Source: an uncultured Chloroflexia bacterium (GTDB taxonomy: Bacteria > Chloroflexota > Dehalococcoidia > GIF9 > UBA5629). From it: a stretch of 64,000 nucleotides of DNA. The stretch is from positions 101,292-165,291 of the forward strand of contig CAVWAG010000010.1 of the NCBI GenBank assembly GCA_963752975.1, given 5' to 3'. A program made the position numbers and the translations under genes. Positions within the stretch are counted from its first letter, which is position 1. Each line of letters begins with the position of its first letter. This document shows positions 47,998 through 57,696 of this stretch, piece by piece. The notes under the pieces were generated by a model. It made no database searches. It saw nothing but the letters and a program-made list of their open reading frames with translations, and was not told where the DNA came from.

Positions 47998-49053
47998 TCA
48001 GCACTTCAGGAGCGGTATTTTACCGGCTTCCCGGGGCTCAAGGTATAGCGCATCGGTTGGGCAAACCCACATGCAGAGGCCGCAGCCGATACAGCGCTGC
48101 TCGTCACGCACCAGTTTGCCGTTCTCCATTTTAAGTGCCTTCACCCAGCAGCGGTCGAGGCAGGCTTCACAGGCCGTACAATCATCCTGGTTGATGTGAA
48201 TTAAATACCTGGCGTTGACCATCTGGCTGGGGGCGGGCGAATTCTTGGCTCCCCTCAGGATAAAGCAATGGCACCCGCAGCAGTTGCACAACAGGTTGGT
48301 GAATTGCCCCGGGTTGTTGACATAATTGTGAACAAGTCCGGCCTCTTCAGCCTCCTCAAGTACCTTCAATGCCTCATCTTTGGAAAGCTTTTTAGTAAAG
48401 CCGCGTTCGATGGAGAATAGCGCCGACTCACCGAAGACCATACAATTTCCCATCGGTTCATTGCTTGTTTTTCCCAGCAGATTACCCTGGTGCCTGCAGA
48501 CGCAGGTTCCCGCCGCGATATGCTCGGTATCTAAAATCAGTTGCTTCATTTCCCTGTACGGGATTGGGGAGGTAAGTTGTCTTATCTCCTTATCAATCGG
48601 CACTTTTCTGCCGGGAAGTGATTTCTCGATTTTCGGCGGCTTACCGGACATGAATTCCCGCTTAACCGCTTTTGAGTAATCGTTTAAAAGGACGGCCCAT
48701 TTCTTGCTGCGCTCGTCAACGATCCCCTTCATGAGCTGGAACTCGAACAGCCCGGGTACGAGTGGCAGCCCCTCATAAAGTTTTTTTCCACCCGCGTCTT
48801 TGATATGAATCAGCCCTTTATCACCCATCGTCTCAAGCTGCGCCGCCACTTTCTTTATGTCCTTTGTGCCGAGGTTTGCGGCTATCTCCTCCGCTGTCGC
48901 GTATTCAATTGGCATGGCGCAGGCTATGGCGGCCTCCGCGGGGGTAAAGAGGAACTCGGCCAGGTCATAGAATTCCTTGCATACAATTGAGGGTACGCCC
49001 GTTCCACGTGCGTTCAGAGCAGCGGCCAGTTTGTCGTAAATAGCTTCAACCAT
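47998..49053 (-). CDS. Fe-S protein: N-terminal helical/winged-helix-like region, a Cys-rich middle, and a C-terminal 2x[4Fe-4S] ferredoxin domain. Paralog 1.
   Basis: Has C-terminal CTACEAC...CP and CIGCGLCMWVCP ferredoxin motifs and a central Cys cluster (CVCRHQ...CNCCGCHC). It shares its architecture and ferredoxin/Cys-cluster motifs with the adjacent paralog. Confidence 0.6.
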   Translation of the reverse strand: MVEAIYDKLAAALNARGTGVPSIVCKEFYDLAEFLFTPAEAAIACAMPIEYATAEEIAANLGTKDIKKVAAQLETMGDKGLIHIKDAGGKKLYEGLPLVPGLFEFQLMKGIVDERSKKWAVLLNDYSKAVKREFMSGKPPKIEKSLPGRKVPIDKEIRQLTSPIPYREMKQLILDTEHIAAGTCVCRHQGNLLGKTSNEPMGNCMVFGESALFSIERGFTKKLSKDEALKVLEEAEEAGLVHNYVNNPGQFTNLLCNCCGCHCFILRGAKNSPAPSQMVNARYLIHINQDDCTACEACLDRCWVKALKMENGKLVRDEQRCIGCGLCMWVCPTDALYLEPREAGKIPLLKC

Positions 49054-49083
49054 TTCTCACCTCTTTATTTCTCAGTTGAATGA

Positions 49084-50136
49084 TCAGCTGCGCAGCGGGA
49101 TTTTGCCGGCAGGCCTTGGCTCCAGCACGAGGGCGTCGGTCGGGCAGACCCACATGCAGATGCCGCAACCGATGCAGCGCATCTCCTCCCTCACCAGCTT
49201 GCCATCCACCATTTTCAGTGCATCCATCTGGCATCTCGGTATGCAGGCCTCGCAGGCCGTGCACTCATCTTCTTTGATTTTGACTACCCACCTTGCGTTG
49301 ACGGCCATACTGGGAACGGGCGATTTGCTGATGCCGCGTACAATCATGCATCGGTCCTTGTAGCAGTTGCAAAGCAGGTTGGTAAAGAGGTCAGGGCTGT
49401 TGGCAAATGTGTGGATCAGTCCTGCATCCTCCGCTTCCTCGATCCTTTTGATAGCCTCTTCTTTGGTCATGCGTGTTGTAAAGCCCCTCTCGGCGGCGAA
49501 CTGCGCGGACTCACCGAGAATCATGCAATTGTTTACCGGCTTGTCCGATGGTTTGCCCAGCAGGGCCGCCTGGTGCCTGCAAATACATGTCCCTACCGAT
49601 ATATAGTCGGTCTTCATGATCAGGCCTTTCAGTTCTTCAAAAGGCACTATGGTCGACTTGTGCTCGATCTCCTTGCCGACGGCCACTTTCTTTCCTGGCG
49701 CCGACGATTCAAGTTTGGGCGGATCGGCCGACATAAAAGACTTAATCATAGCTTTCGCGTAATCGCGCAGCAGCACGGCTATTTTCTTGTGGCGCTCGTC
49801 TACAATGCCCCGCATGAGCTGGAACTCGGTGATTCCCGGCACGAAGGGCAGCGCTTCATACAGTTTTTTCCCGTCCCGTTCCCGTATATGTATAAGCCCC
49901 TTGTCGGCCATCGTTTCAAGCTGGCCTGCCAGCTTCTTGAGGTCTTTATTCGGGAGATTATTGGCTATCTCCCCTATAGTCGCATTGCCCAGCGGCATGG
50001 CGACGGCGATGGCCGCCTCCTCGGGAGTGAAAAGGAAGCTTACCAGGTCATAGAATTCGTCGCATTTTACCGCGGGGAAGGCCGTGGAACGCGCATTGAG
50101 CGCTCCTGCTAATTTCTCATAGGCTGCATCAACCAT
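49084..50136 (-). CDS. Fe-S protein, paralog 2 (same architecture as 47998-49053).
   Basis: Has the same ferredoxin motifs. The central cluster reads CICRHQ...CNCYKDRC. Confidence 0.6.
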   Translation of the reverse strand: MVDAAYEKLAGALNARSTAFPAVKCDEFYDLVSFLFTPEEAAIAVAMPLGNATIGEIANNLPNKDLKKLAGQLETMADKGLIHIRERDGKKLYEALPFVPGITEFQLMRGIVDERHKKIAVLLRDYAKAMIKSFMSADPPKLESSAPGKKVAVGKEIEHKSTIVPFEELKGLIMKTDYISVGTCICRHQAALLGKPSDKPVNNCMILGESAQFAAERGFTTRMTKEEAIKRIEEAEDAGLIHTFANSPDLFTNLLCNCYKDRCMIVRGISKSPVPSMAVNARWVVKIKEDECTACEACIPRCQMDALKMVDGKLVREEMRCIGCGICMWVCPTDALVLEPRPAGKIPLRS

Positions 50137-50238
50137 TTATCACCTCAACATTTAAATTTACGGGAATATTTTGCATGCAATATTTTTGCATGCAGTCTAA
50201 CAAGAAAAATGCAGGCTGTCAAGAAGTGTCAGGGCGGA

Positions 50239-51030
50239 TTACAGGAGGCCTTTAATCAACCCGCCGTCAACCTGGATGGTGGTACCCGTAATGTAGCTGG
50301 CTTTCTCGGAGGCGAGGAATACGGCCAGGTTGGCGACATCTTCAGGTGTACCGCAGTGCTTGATGGGAATGCTGGACGCTACGTCGGCAAGAGTGCTTTC
50401 ATATGATCTGTTCTGGCTTTCGGCCCTTTTCTTCACGATGGAAACAAGCCGGTCGGTAAGGATCCAGCCCGGGCAGATGCTGTTTATGGTGATATTATCT
50501 GCGGCAACTTCTATGGAGAGTGTTTTGGCCAGGCCGATAACGGCGGCCCTGATGGAATTGGACAAAATCATACCCTCGAGTGGCTGCTTGGCAGCCATAG
50601 ATACCAGGTTGACTATCCTGCCCCAACCCCGCCCTTTCATAATGGGAATGACCTCGCGGCAGAGCCTTACGGCACTGAGGAGGGTTAATGCCATGGCATC
50701 TTCCCAATCCTGGTCGCTGAAACTGAGGGATGGACCGGTGGGCGGACCGCCGGCGTTGGTTACCAGGATGTCGACCCATCCGAATCTGCCGACAGTTTCT
50801 TGCACAAGGGATTTAACGTCACCTGCTTTGGTCAAATCGGCTACGATGGGGAGAACTTTCACTGAACAGGACGATTCTATCTCATGGGCGGTTTTTAATA
50901 ACTCGCCTTCGTTGCGGGCGCAGATCGCCATGTTGACACCCTCTTTGGCCAGCCCGATTGCCACGGCTTTGCCGATGCCCCTGCTGGCCGCCGCTACAAT
51001 GGCCGTCTTCCCCGCTATACCTAAATCCAT
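50239..51030 (-). CDS. Short-chain dehydrogenase/reductase (FabG-like).
   Basis: Has an AASRGIGKAVA cofactor motif in an SDR fold. Confidence 0.75.
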   Translation of the reverse strand: MDLGIAGKTAIVAAASRGIGKAVAIGLAKEGVNMAICARNEGELLKTAHEIESSCSVKVLPIVADLTKAGDVKSLVQETVGRFGWVDILVTNAGGPPTGPSLSFSDQDWEDAMALTLLSAVRLCREVIPIMKGRGWGRIVNLVSMAAKQPLEGMILSNSIRAAVIGLAKTLSIEVAADNITINSICPGWILTDRLVSIVKKRAESQNRSYESTLADVASSIPIKHCGTPEDVANLAVFLASEKASYITGTTIQVDGGLIKGLL

Positions 51031-51031
51031 C

Positions 51032-51934
51032 TTAAAGGTTGGTGGCCCGGTGCAGGCATTGCTTCCAGCGGGCGTTCACCCATTCCTGCAGTTCGTCGAT
51101 CTGCTCCTCGGTGATAGTTTTGAACCTGCCCTGCGAGGTGAAATATTCACGCACCGGCTGCAGGTTGCCTCCCTTGCGGGCTATAGATTCGCTGGCGGAG
51201 GTCAGCCTGAAGATGCCGTCCTCGATCTCGTAAAGGACGACCAGGCCCGTCTCCACTGCCATCTCGCCGAACTTGATGGTGTCGCTGAAAGGGAAGATCC
51301 AGCCCGGTGGGCAGGGTGTATGGATGTGGATAAACCTGGTGCCCTCGATAGTCTTGGCCTTCTTTACCTTCTCATAGAGGTCGAGCGGGTAGGATGCCGA
51401 GCATGTAGCTACAAATGGCAACCCGTGTGCTTCCATAATGGCGGTCATGTCTTTCTGGTACTGCTGCTTGCCCAGGACCGGCGTGGTACCGGATACCGCC
51501 CCCAGAGGGGTCGAGCCTGAGCGCTGGTTGCCGGTATTCATGTAGCCCTCGTTGTCGTAGCAGATGTACATGAAGTCGATCTGCCTTTCGGCCGCTCCGC
51601 TGAGTGACTGGATGCCGATATCATGCGTGCCGCCATCGCCGGCGAAGGCCAGCACGGTTATGCCCTTCCTGCCCAGTGCCTTGAGTCCGGCTACCAAACC
51701 GGTGGCAGAGGCGCCGGTAGAGGCGAACGGTGTATTCACGCACGGGACGTTAACGGCGGTAATGGGATACATGCCATGCAGCACAGTGGCGCAACTGGCC
51801 GGGACGGTCACGATGCACTGTCCTTCCAGCGCTTTCAGCGTGTGCCGGTAAGCGAGCGACAGGGCACAGCCCGGGCAGGTGCGGTTACCCGGCAGTATCC
51901 ATTCTTTTTCAATTAAATTAACAGCATTAGCTTT
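51032..51934 (-). CDS. porB: 2-oxoacid:ferredoxin oxidoreductase beta subunit (TPP-binding).
   Basis: Has CPGCA and GDGG.HDIG thiamine-pyrophosphate motifs. The start is set at a TTG preceded by GGAG, just after the porA stop. The ORF-track start at 52042 overlaps porA. Confidence 0.75.
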   Translation of the reverse strand, partial: KANAVNLIEKEWILPGNRTCPGCALSLAYRHTLKALEGQCIVTVPASCATVLHGMYPITAVNVPCVNTPFASTGASATGLVAGLKALGRKGITVLAFAGDGGTHDIGIQSLSGAAERQIDFMYICYDNEGYMNTGNQRSGSTPLGAVSGTTPVLGKQQYQKDMTAIMEAHGLPFVATCSASYPLDLYEKVKKAKTIEGTRFIHIHTPCPPGWIFPFSDTIKFGEMAVETGLVVLYEIEDGIFRLTSASESIARKGGNLQPVREYFTSQGRFKTITEEQIDELQEWVNARWKQCLHRATNL

Positions 51935-51950
51935 CAAGGTGATTTCTCCG

Positions 51951-53170
51951 CTATATCTGGCATATCCATTCCGGGTAATCCGGGTTAATGACCGTTTCCT
52001 TGAGTGAAGCGATGGCCTTCTTGGTGGCCTCGACCAGTTCACGTGCTTTTATATCGCGTCCTCCCAGGCCGACGATGAAATTGCGTATTGAAGCGTTGAT
52101 GTAGGTGCCGTACAGCGCCGATTTTATCTCGGAACAGGTGGCGCCCTCGGAACCGTAGCTGATGTTCTTATCGAAGACCACGATGAGCTTGGATTTGCGC
52201 AGGGCCTGTACTACGTCGGATTTGGGGAAAGGCCGGAAAACACGCAGCCCCAGCACGCCCACCTTGATACCTTCCTCGCGCAGCATATCGGCCGCTACGA
52301 TAGCTTCCATGGCCAGGCTGCCCATGGCAACGATGGTTATCTCGGCGTCGTCGTTGCGGTCCTCCCAGAACATATGCTCGTAATCACGGCCAAAAATGCT
52401 GTTGAACTCCTTGCCTGCCTGGAGGATAGTTTCGCGTGAATTTTGCAGGGCTTCCTGCAATAAATATCTCAGTTCCATGTAACCGTGGCAGAGCTTGCCA
52501 TCGACCCCGATGCGGGGGTTTGCTAGAGTCACCAGGTTGTAGTTCTTGGGATCGGCAGGGTCGAGCGAAGTGTGCGGTTTATAGGGCGGAAGGTACCTGT
52601 CCACGTCCGCCTGCTCCGGGACATCAACAGGCATCTCGGTGTGGGAAAGGATATAGCCGTCGTAGCAAACCATGACGGGCACATGGACCTGCTCGGCTAT
52701 CCGGTAAGCCTGGATGATCGTGTCCATTATCTCCTGGTTATTGCGGCAATATATCTGTATCCAGCCGGTGTCGCGCTGGGAGATGGAGTCCTGCTGGTCA
52801 TTAAGCACATTCCAGGGGCGCCGATAGCGCGGTTTACACAGGCCAGTACGATGGGTAGACGAGCCCCTGCAGCCCAGTGCAACATCTCGTGCATGTAGGC
52901 CAGGCCGTGCGAACTGGTGGCGGTAAAGGCGCGCGCTCCGACAATAGACGCCGAGGTGCAGACAGCCATGGCGCTGTGCTCGCTCTCTACCGCAACATAT
53001 TCTGCCTTAAGTTCCCCCTGCTCAACAAACTGGGACAGCTGTTCGGTAAGCGGAGTCTGCGGGGTGATGGGGTAAGCAGCCACTACCTGTATACGGCTCA
53101 TCTTGGCCGCGATGGCGGCGGCCTGATTGCCATCGATAATCAGCATGTTGGATTTTCTCTGTATTGCCAT
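51951..53170 (-). CDS. porA: 2-oxoacid:ferredoxin oxidoreductase alpha subunit with an apparent frameshift near 52800.
   Basis: The N-terminal part (ORF 52727-53170) and the C-terminal part (51951-52808) lie in different frames. Conserved sequence continues across the junction (…VNRAIGAP|WNVLNDQQDS…). Confidence 0.7.
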
Positions 53171-53177
53171 ATGATTA

Positions 53178-53474
53178 TCAGCCTATATTTTTTTCTTCCG
53201 CGATCATGGTGATGGCCTGTACCGGACAGACCTGGGCGCATATGCCGCAGCCCTTGCAATATTCAAGGTCTATGATCGGCGGTATGGCCTTGGTCATGAC
53301 GGCCTCCGGGCAATACAGCCAGCAGAGGAAACAGGTCGGCTTATTCAATTTCGAAGCCGTGCACTTTTTGTCGTCGATGATAGGCAGGTGGGTGCGCCAT
53401 TCACCGGTCTTCCCCGCTTCGCCTATCCCGGGCGATGACTCGTCACAAATGTGATTACAATCCCTGGTTCCCAT
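53178..53474 (-). CDS. porD: 2-oxoacid:ferredoxin oxidoreductase delta subunit (2x[4Fe-4S] ferredoxin).
   Basis: Has the CKGCGICAQVCP motif plus a second cluster motif. Confidence 0.75.
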   Translation of the reverse strand: MGTRDCNHICDESSPGIGEAGKTGEWRTHLPIIDDKKCTASKLNKPTCFLCWLYCPEAVMTKAIPPIIDLEYCKGCGICAQVCPVQAITMIAEEKNIG

Positions 53475-53485
53475 TCTAAATTACC

Positions 53486-54079
53486 TTATTTGCCTGTTTT
53501 CGTTATCTCGTAAGTCTTATTTATGGCTGCGAGGTTGATATCAACCGTGTTCCTGGAGAACCTTTCACTTATAATTTTTTCCAGCGTAGGGAGGTCAACT
53601 ATCTTGGTAGCCCGCACCAGGGCGCCGAGTATTGCTGTGTTGACTATTACCAGTCCTGCTACGATTAACTCCAGGTCCTGGCATACCTTTGTGGCATCGG
53701 CCGTGGCGATATTGAATTCGCCCTTTAATCCGAGCTCCCTGGGGGAAAGCGGGGAATTCACTATCAGCCAGCCGTTCTTGCCCAGTCCGTGGGTGACATC
53801 GGGATATTTAAGCAACGTGTGGTCGAGGACAACCACGATCTCCGGGTTCTCGACCTGGGAAACCACCAGCACCGGTTCTGTGGATATCCTGGTGGAGGCG
53901 CTTACCGGTGCGCCGCGCCTTTCAGCGCCGAACGACGGGGCGGCTGTTACACCCTTGTAGCCTTTCAGGTAGGCAGCCTGGGCGATAATCTTGGCTGCCG
54001 TGATGGCTCCCTGTCCCCCGCGCCCATGCCACCTGATTTCAAGGGGCCGGTTGCTGAGGGAAGATTTCTGTGCCATCAA
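53486..54079 (-). CDS. porG: 2-oxoacid:ferredoxin oxidoreductase gamma subunit.
   Basis: Has the RWHGRGGQGAITAAKI motif characteristic of Por/Vor gamma subunits. Confidence 0.75.
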   Translation of the reverse strand: MMAQKSSLSNRPLEIRWHGRGGQGAITAAKIIAQAAYLKGYKGVTAAPSFGAERRGAPVSASTRISTEPVLVVSQVENPEIVVVLDHTLLKYPDVTHGLGKNGWLIVNSPLSPRELGLKGEFNIATADATKVCQDLELIVAGLVIVNTAILGALVRATKIVDLPTLEKIISERFSRNTVDINLAAINKTYEITKTGK

Positions 54080-54189
54080 TAATTACACTCTTGGCTTTTC
54101 AGGTGCGCAATAAAGATATATGGTAACTCTCATTGCAAGACTATGTCAAACGGAATCAAAATGATGTGGACATAATCCCATGCAGCTCA

Positions 54190-54850
54190 TTATATTCCGA
54201 ATGCCGCCGATGATTTAAGCTCATCCTCGTGCTTAACCAGCCATTTGCGGTATTCTTTCCAGCGCGGACAGAAGCGCTCAACAAATTGCCAGAATTTCCT
54301 GGAGTGGTTCATGTACTTGAGGTGGGCAAGCTCATGGATGATCACGTAGTCTACGATCGCCTGCGGCGCCATCAGCAGTTTCCAGTTCAGCGTGATATTT
54401 CCCGTCGGTGAGCAACTACCCCAGCGTGTCCTCTGGCCCCTGATAAAGTATCGGCGTTATAGCTCAAGCCCATGACACTTTGAAGGTGTCGGCCTTTTCC
54501 TGAAAGACCAGCTTGGCCTGCTCCCTGAACCATTTTTCCAGAACAGGGGTGGTATTTGTGCCGTTGCGTTAAAGGGATTAGTCAACCTGCCATCCGTCGA
54601 ACCTGGCGTGCAGCGTGCTTGCCTGCCTCTGCAGTTATGACTATTTCGATTGTTTTACCGAGGTAAGGAGATGCTGTCGCCATGACCCGCCGCCTGGCGG
54701 AAAAGAGGCATCTGCAAGGGTTTTCCCCCTGCAGGTGTCGCAGTATCCAGCGTGATTTTTGATCAGGATATCCTGCACCTGCTGCTGAGCGAATTTTCGC
54801 GGAACTACCACCGTCAGGCCGGTCTCAGCGCGTATTTCCAGCCGTGATAC
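54190..54850 (-). pseudogene. Degraded YgjP/DUF45 (WLM-like) zinc metallohydrolase gene.
   Basis: The C-terminal fragment has RWGSCS...HELAHL...H. Upstream conserved segments (LTVVVPRKF...) appear in other frames. No intact long ORF remains. Confidence 0.5.
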
Positions 54851-55090
54851 CCCTGATGCGGGAACTTTGCTTGAGGTGTGTAATTTACAGTGGTAGCCCT
54901 GGAGTCGTTATCTGCCGCTTCCCGATGAATGTACAGGCGGGGGTTATATTTGGCAGTTCATATGAATTTTTTTACCGGTCGGATTTCATACTTGGAATTA
55001 TGCTAATTATAATTGATAATGCAGGTATGATGGTGGGGTAAACTTTAAACCGGTAATCCAGCGTGATTAGAGTAGGGAGTTTACAACTAG

Positions 55091-55786
55091 ATGAAATGCT
55101 TGATACTTGCCAGCGGCTTCGGTACCAGGCTTTATCCCCTGACCATGGAGCAGGCCAAGGCTCTGTTGCCGTACAGGGGCAAGCCGATGATAAACCATAT
55201 CGTGGATAAAATACCGGCCGATATCGATATACTGGTAAACGTGAATAAAAAGTTCGCGGCCGATTTTTATGAGTGGCAGGATAAGCAGCGGCGCAAGATA
55301 GATATATGTGTTGAGGATGTGTCGTCGGAAGAAGAGAGGTTGGGTGCGGTGGGCGCCCTGATCACTGGATACGCGAGAAGGGCATCCGTGAGGATCTGCT
55401 GGTATTCGGCAGCGATAACTATTTCGAGTTCGACCTCGCTAAATTTATGTCCGAATTCGATGGCAGGCACGTGCTGGTTGCTATTTACGACGTATTGGAG
55501 AAAGCCAGTGCCAGGCAGTACGGGGTGGTCAGGATTGACGGGAAACCGCATCGTCGAGCTTGAGGAGAAGCCGGACTTCCCCAAATCCAGCCTTGTTTCC
55601 ACGGCCTGCTGGATACTGCCGGCCAGGGTATTCCCGCTCATTGCCGAGTTTTGCCGGGGTGAACGCAAGGACAACCTGGGCAATTTAATCACCTATCTGA
55701 TCGAAAAGGAGAACGTGTTTGCCTATCCATTTAAGGAAAAATGGATTGATATTGGCAACTTAGAGATATATCACGCTACTAAATAG
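55091..55786 (+). CDS. Sugar-phosphate nucleotidyltransferase (NTP_transferase family) with two compensating apparent frameshifts.
   Basis: Has the N-terminal [13 protein letters not shown] motif. The middle ~55 codons make sense only in the +1 frame ([20 protein letters not shown]...YGVVRIDG). Good sequence returns in frame 0 (IVELEEKP...). Confidence 0.65.
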   Translation: MKCLILASGFGTRLYPLTMEQAKALLPYRGKPMINHIVDKIPADIDILVNVNKKFAADFYEWQDKQRRKIDICVEDVSSEEERLGAVGALITGYARRASVRICWYSAAITISSSTSLNLCPNSMAGTCWLLFTTYWRKPVPGSTGWSGLTGNRIVELEEKPDFPKSSLVSTACWILPARVFPLIAEFCRGERKDNLGNLITYLIEKENVFAYPFKEKWIDIGNLEIYHATK

Positions 55787-55876
55787 CCCCGCGTGTCTGC
55801 TTAACGTCGCCCTGCCGTTACTGTACAATTGATGGTATATAGGATTCCTGTTTTATATTTTACAGGGGGAAACACT

Positions 55877-56256
55877 ATGGAAGATATCGAGAATATGGTG
55901 AAAACCACAATAAGCCAGATCGAAAAAGTGCTCAGCAGCAAGACTGTCGTGGGTGAACCCATCACGGTGGGCGATACCACGCTGATCCCGCTGCTCAGCA
56001 TGGGTTTTGGCTTTGGCGCGGCCGGCGGCGCCGGCAAAGCGGATGCCAAGCAGGCGCAATGACGGGTTTGAAAGGAGGCGCGGGTGGCGCCGGTGGCATG
56101 AGGCCGATTGCCATTATCATAATCGATAAGGATGGCGTGCGCATCGAGCCGATCAAGAGCAGCGTGGCGGCGGCCATTGAGAAACTGGGTGAAAAGGTCC
56201 CCGGCGTGGTGGAGAAGATAGCCGACAAGTGGGGCGAACGTAAGAAGGACCAGTAA
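55877..56256 (+). CDS. gerW: GerW/YtfJ-family sporulation protein with an apparent frameshift near 56055.
   Basis: Has the VVGEPITVGDTTLIPLLSMGFGFGAAGG motif, then G-rich and MRPIAIIIIDKDGVRIEPIK segments in the next frame. Confidence 0.55.
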
Positions 56257-56259
56257 CCT

Positions 56260-56829
56260 TTGACGTCTCTCTTTATTTCAATCGGTATCCTGGCGCTTAT
56301 CGTCCTGGCGTTGGCTATCCCTGTCGAGATAGAGGTCTCCGCCGCAATCCACGGCCGCGCAGTATCGAAAACGCGGTTTAAGCTGTTATTCGGGCTGATC
56401 TCATTTGACGTGGATAGCGGCGCGGGAAAGAAAGATTTGGGAAGATCGGGTGGTGACGGTGTCCCGTTCCTGAAAAAGGTTTTTAATGCTGCTCAGGTCG
56501 AGGGTATCTGGTCAAAGTCGTGGGAACTGGCCAAACGCCTCGCGTCGTGTGTTAAGGTGAAAAGCCTGACCTCGGATTTAACGGTAAGCCTCGGCGATGA
56601 TTACTATACGGGCATGCTGGCGGGGCTGGCGATTCCACTGGTATTGTACTTGAACCAGCGGTTCGACGGGGAGATCTCACTGCGGCCGGCCTTCGAGGAG
56701 GATCTGCTGTTAGAAGGTGACCTGTTTGCCGATTTCAGCCTGCGTCCGCTGAAAATGATCCTGCCGTGCCTGGTTTTCGCCTGCTCTCCTCAATTCCGCC
56801 GTGTGAAACGCATATTCAGTGGGGGGTGA
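56260..56829 (+). CDS. DUF2953 (YtfI-like) membrane protein.
   Basis: A 189-aa protein with an N-terminal transmembrane segment, directly downstream of the gerW-like gene. Confidence 0.45.
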   Translation: MTSLFISIGILALIVLALAIPVEIEVSAAIHGRAVSKTRFKLLFGLISFDVDSGAGKKDLGRSGGDGVPFLKKVFNAAQVEGIWSKSWELAKRLASCVKVKSLTSDLTVSLGDDYYTGMLAGLAIPLVLYLNQRFDGEISLRPAFEEDLLLEGDLFADFSLRPLKMILPCLVFACSPQFRRVKRIFSGG

Positions 56830-56979
56830 TGAGGAAAGAATATTTAGCCCGTGATGAGACTGGCCGTGATTGGCGGGGTCAGGATTACCCCCATCGTCAG
56901 GATATTGGTCAGATACACGGAAATCAAAGGCGTGTGGTCGTTTTATGCGGGCAAGCAGCCGGTTTACCTCATCATCTCA

Positions 56980-57696
56980 TCAACGGACGGTGAGCGAGCT
57001 TACAGTGTCACGGGCCAGGAGGTCTCTATTCAGCAGGTGATGTCGGAATGTCCAGCGCCGGCGGCTGGTCTTGAGGTGGTGATCTGTTCCCCGTTTCCCG
57101 CCGAATTGATTACCGGAACTGCATTGATTTTCCTGTAGCGGGGCGCCTTTCCTGCGGTGCGCATATTGACGTACACCTGTAGTCCATAGCCCGGTGAAAA
57201 ACTTGGTGTCCAGCGGATGCAGGTAATCGGCTGAATTAAGCAGGTCCCGTGAGGCGGCGTTGTCAAAATAGGCGACCTCTATGTGCTTGCCCATGTTTTT
57301 AACCACACCCAGCGTATAGCCGAAATCCGAGTCGCCGCTGACTAATATGGCGATATCGTAAGAGTTGTTGGCGGCAAAGTAGAGCAAATCGGTGGCCAGC
57401 ATGACGTCGATGCCCCTCTCAACGGGGATGCCCTGCGACAGCTTGGTATTGCCCAGCCTCAGCTCAAGGTAGGGCGTCTTGCGCAGTGTCTCCAGGAATT
57501 CCTGTTGCTCACGTGAGCCCTCAGACCTCTGCGCCGCATCCTGCAGCACATTGTAATAGTAGGTCCTGATCAGGTGGCGGGCGCCGCATAATTTCTTGGT
57601 GAACTCCGCGAAATTCAGGTCGACGCGTTTGAAGTTGTTTTTCAGGGAATGGTAAAGATTGCTACCGTCGATGAATATAGCAACCCGGTTATTCAT
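56980..57696 (-). CDS. NYN-domain (LabA-like) protein, the second copy in the window.
   Basis: Has the AIFIDGSNLY, GIDVMLATDLL and LVSGDSDF motifs. The C-terminal ~60 aa look non-native, suggesting a lost stop or a frameshift. Confidence 0.6.
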   Translation of the reverse strand: MNNRVAIFIDGSNLYHSLKNNFKRVDLNFAEFTKKLCGARHLIRTYYYNVLQDAAQRSEGSREQQEFLETLRKTPYLELRLGNTKLSQGIPVERGIDVMLATDLLYFAANNSYDIAILVSGDSDFGYTLGVVKNMGKHIEVAYFDNAASRDLLNSADYLHPLDTKFFTGLWTTGVRQYAHRRKGAPLQENQCSSGNQFGGKRGTDHHLKTSRRRWTFRHHLLNRDLLARDTVSSLTVR

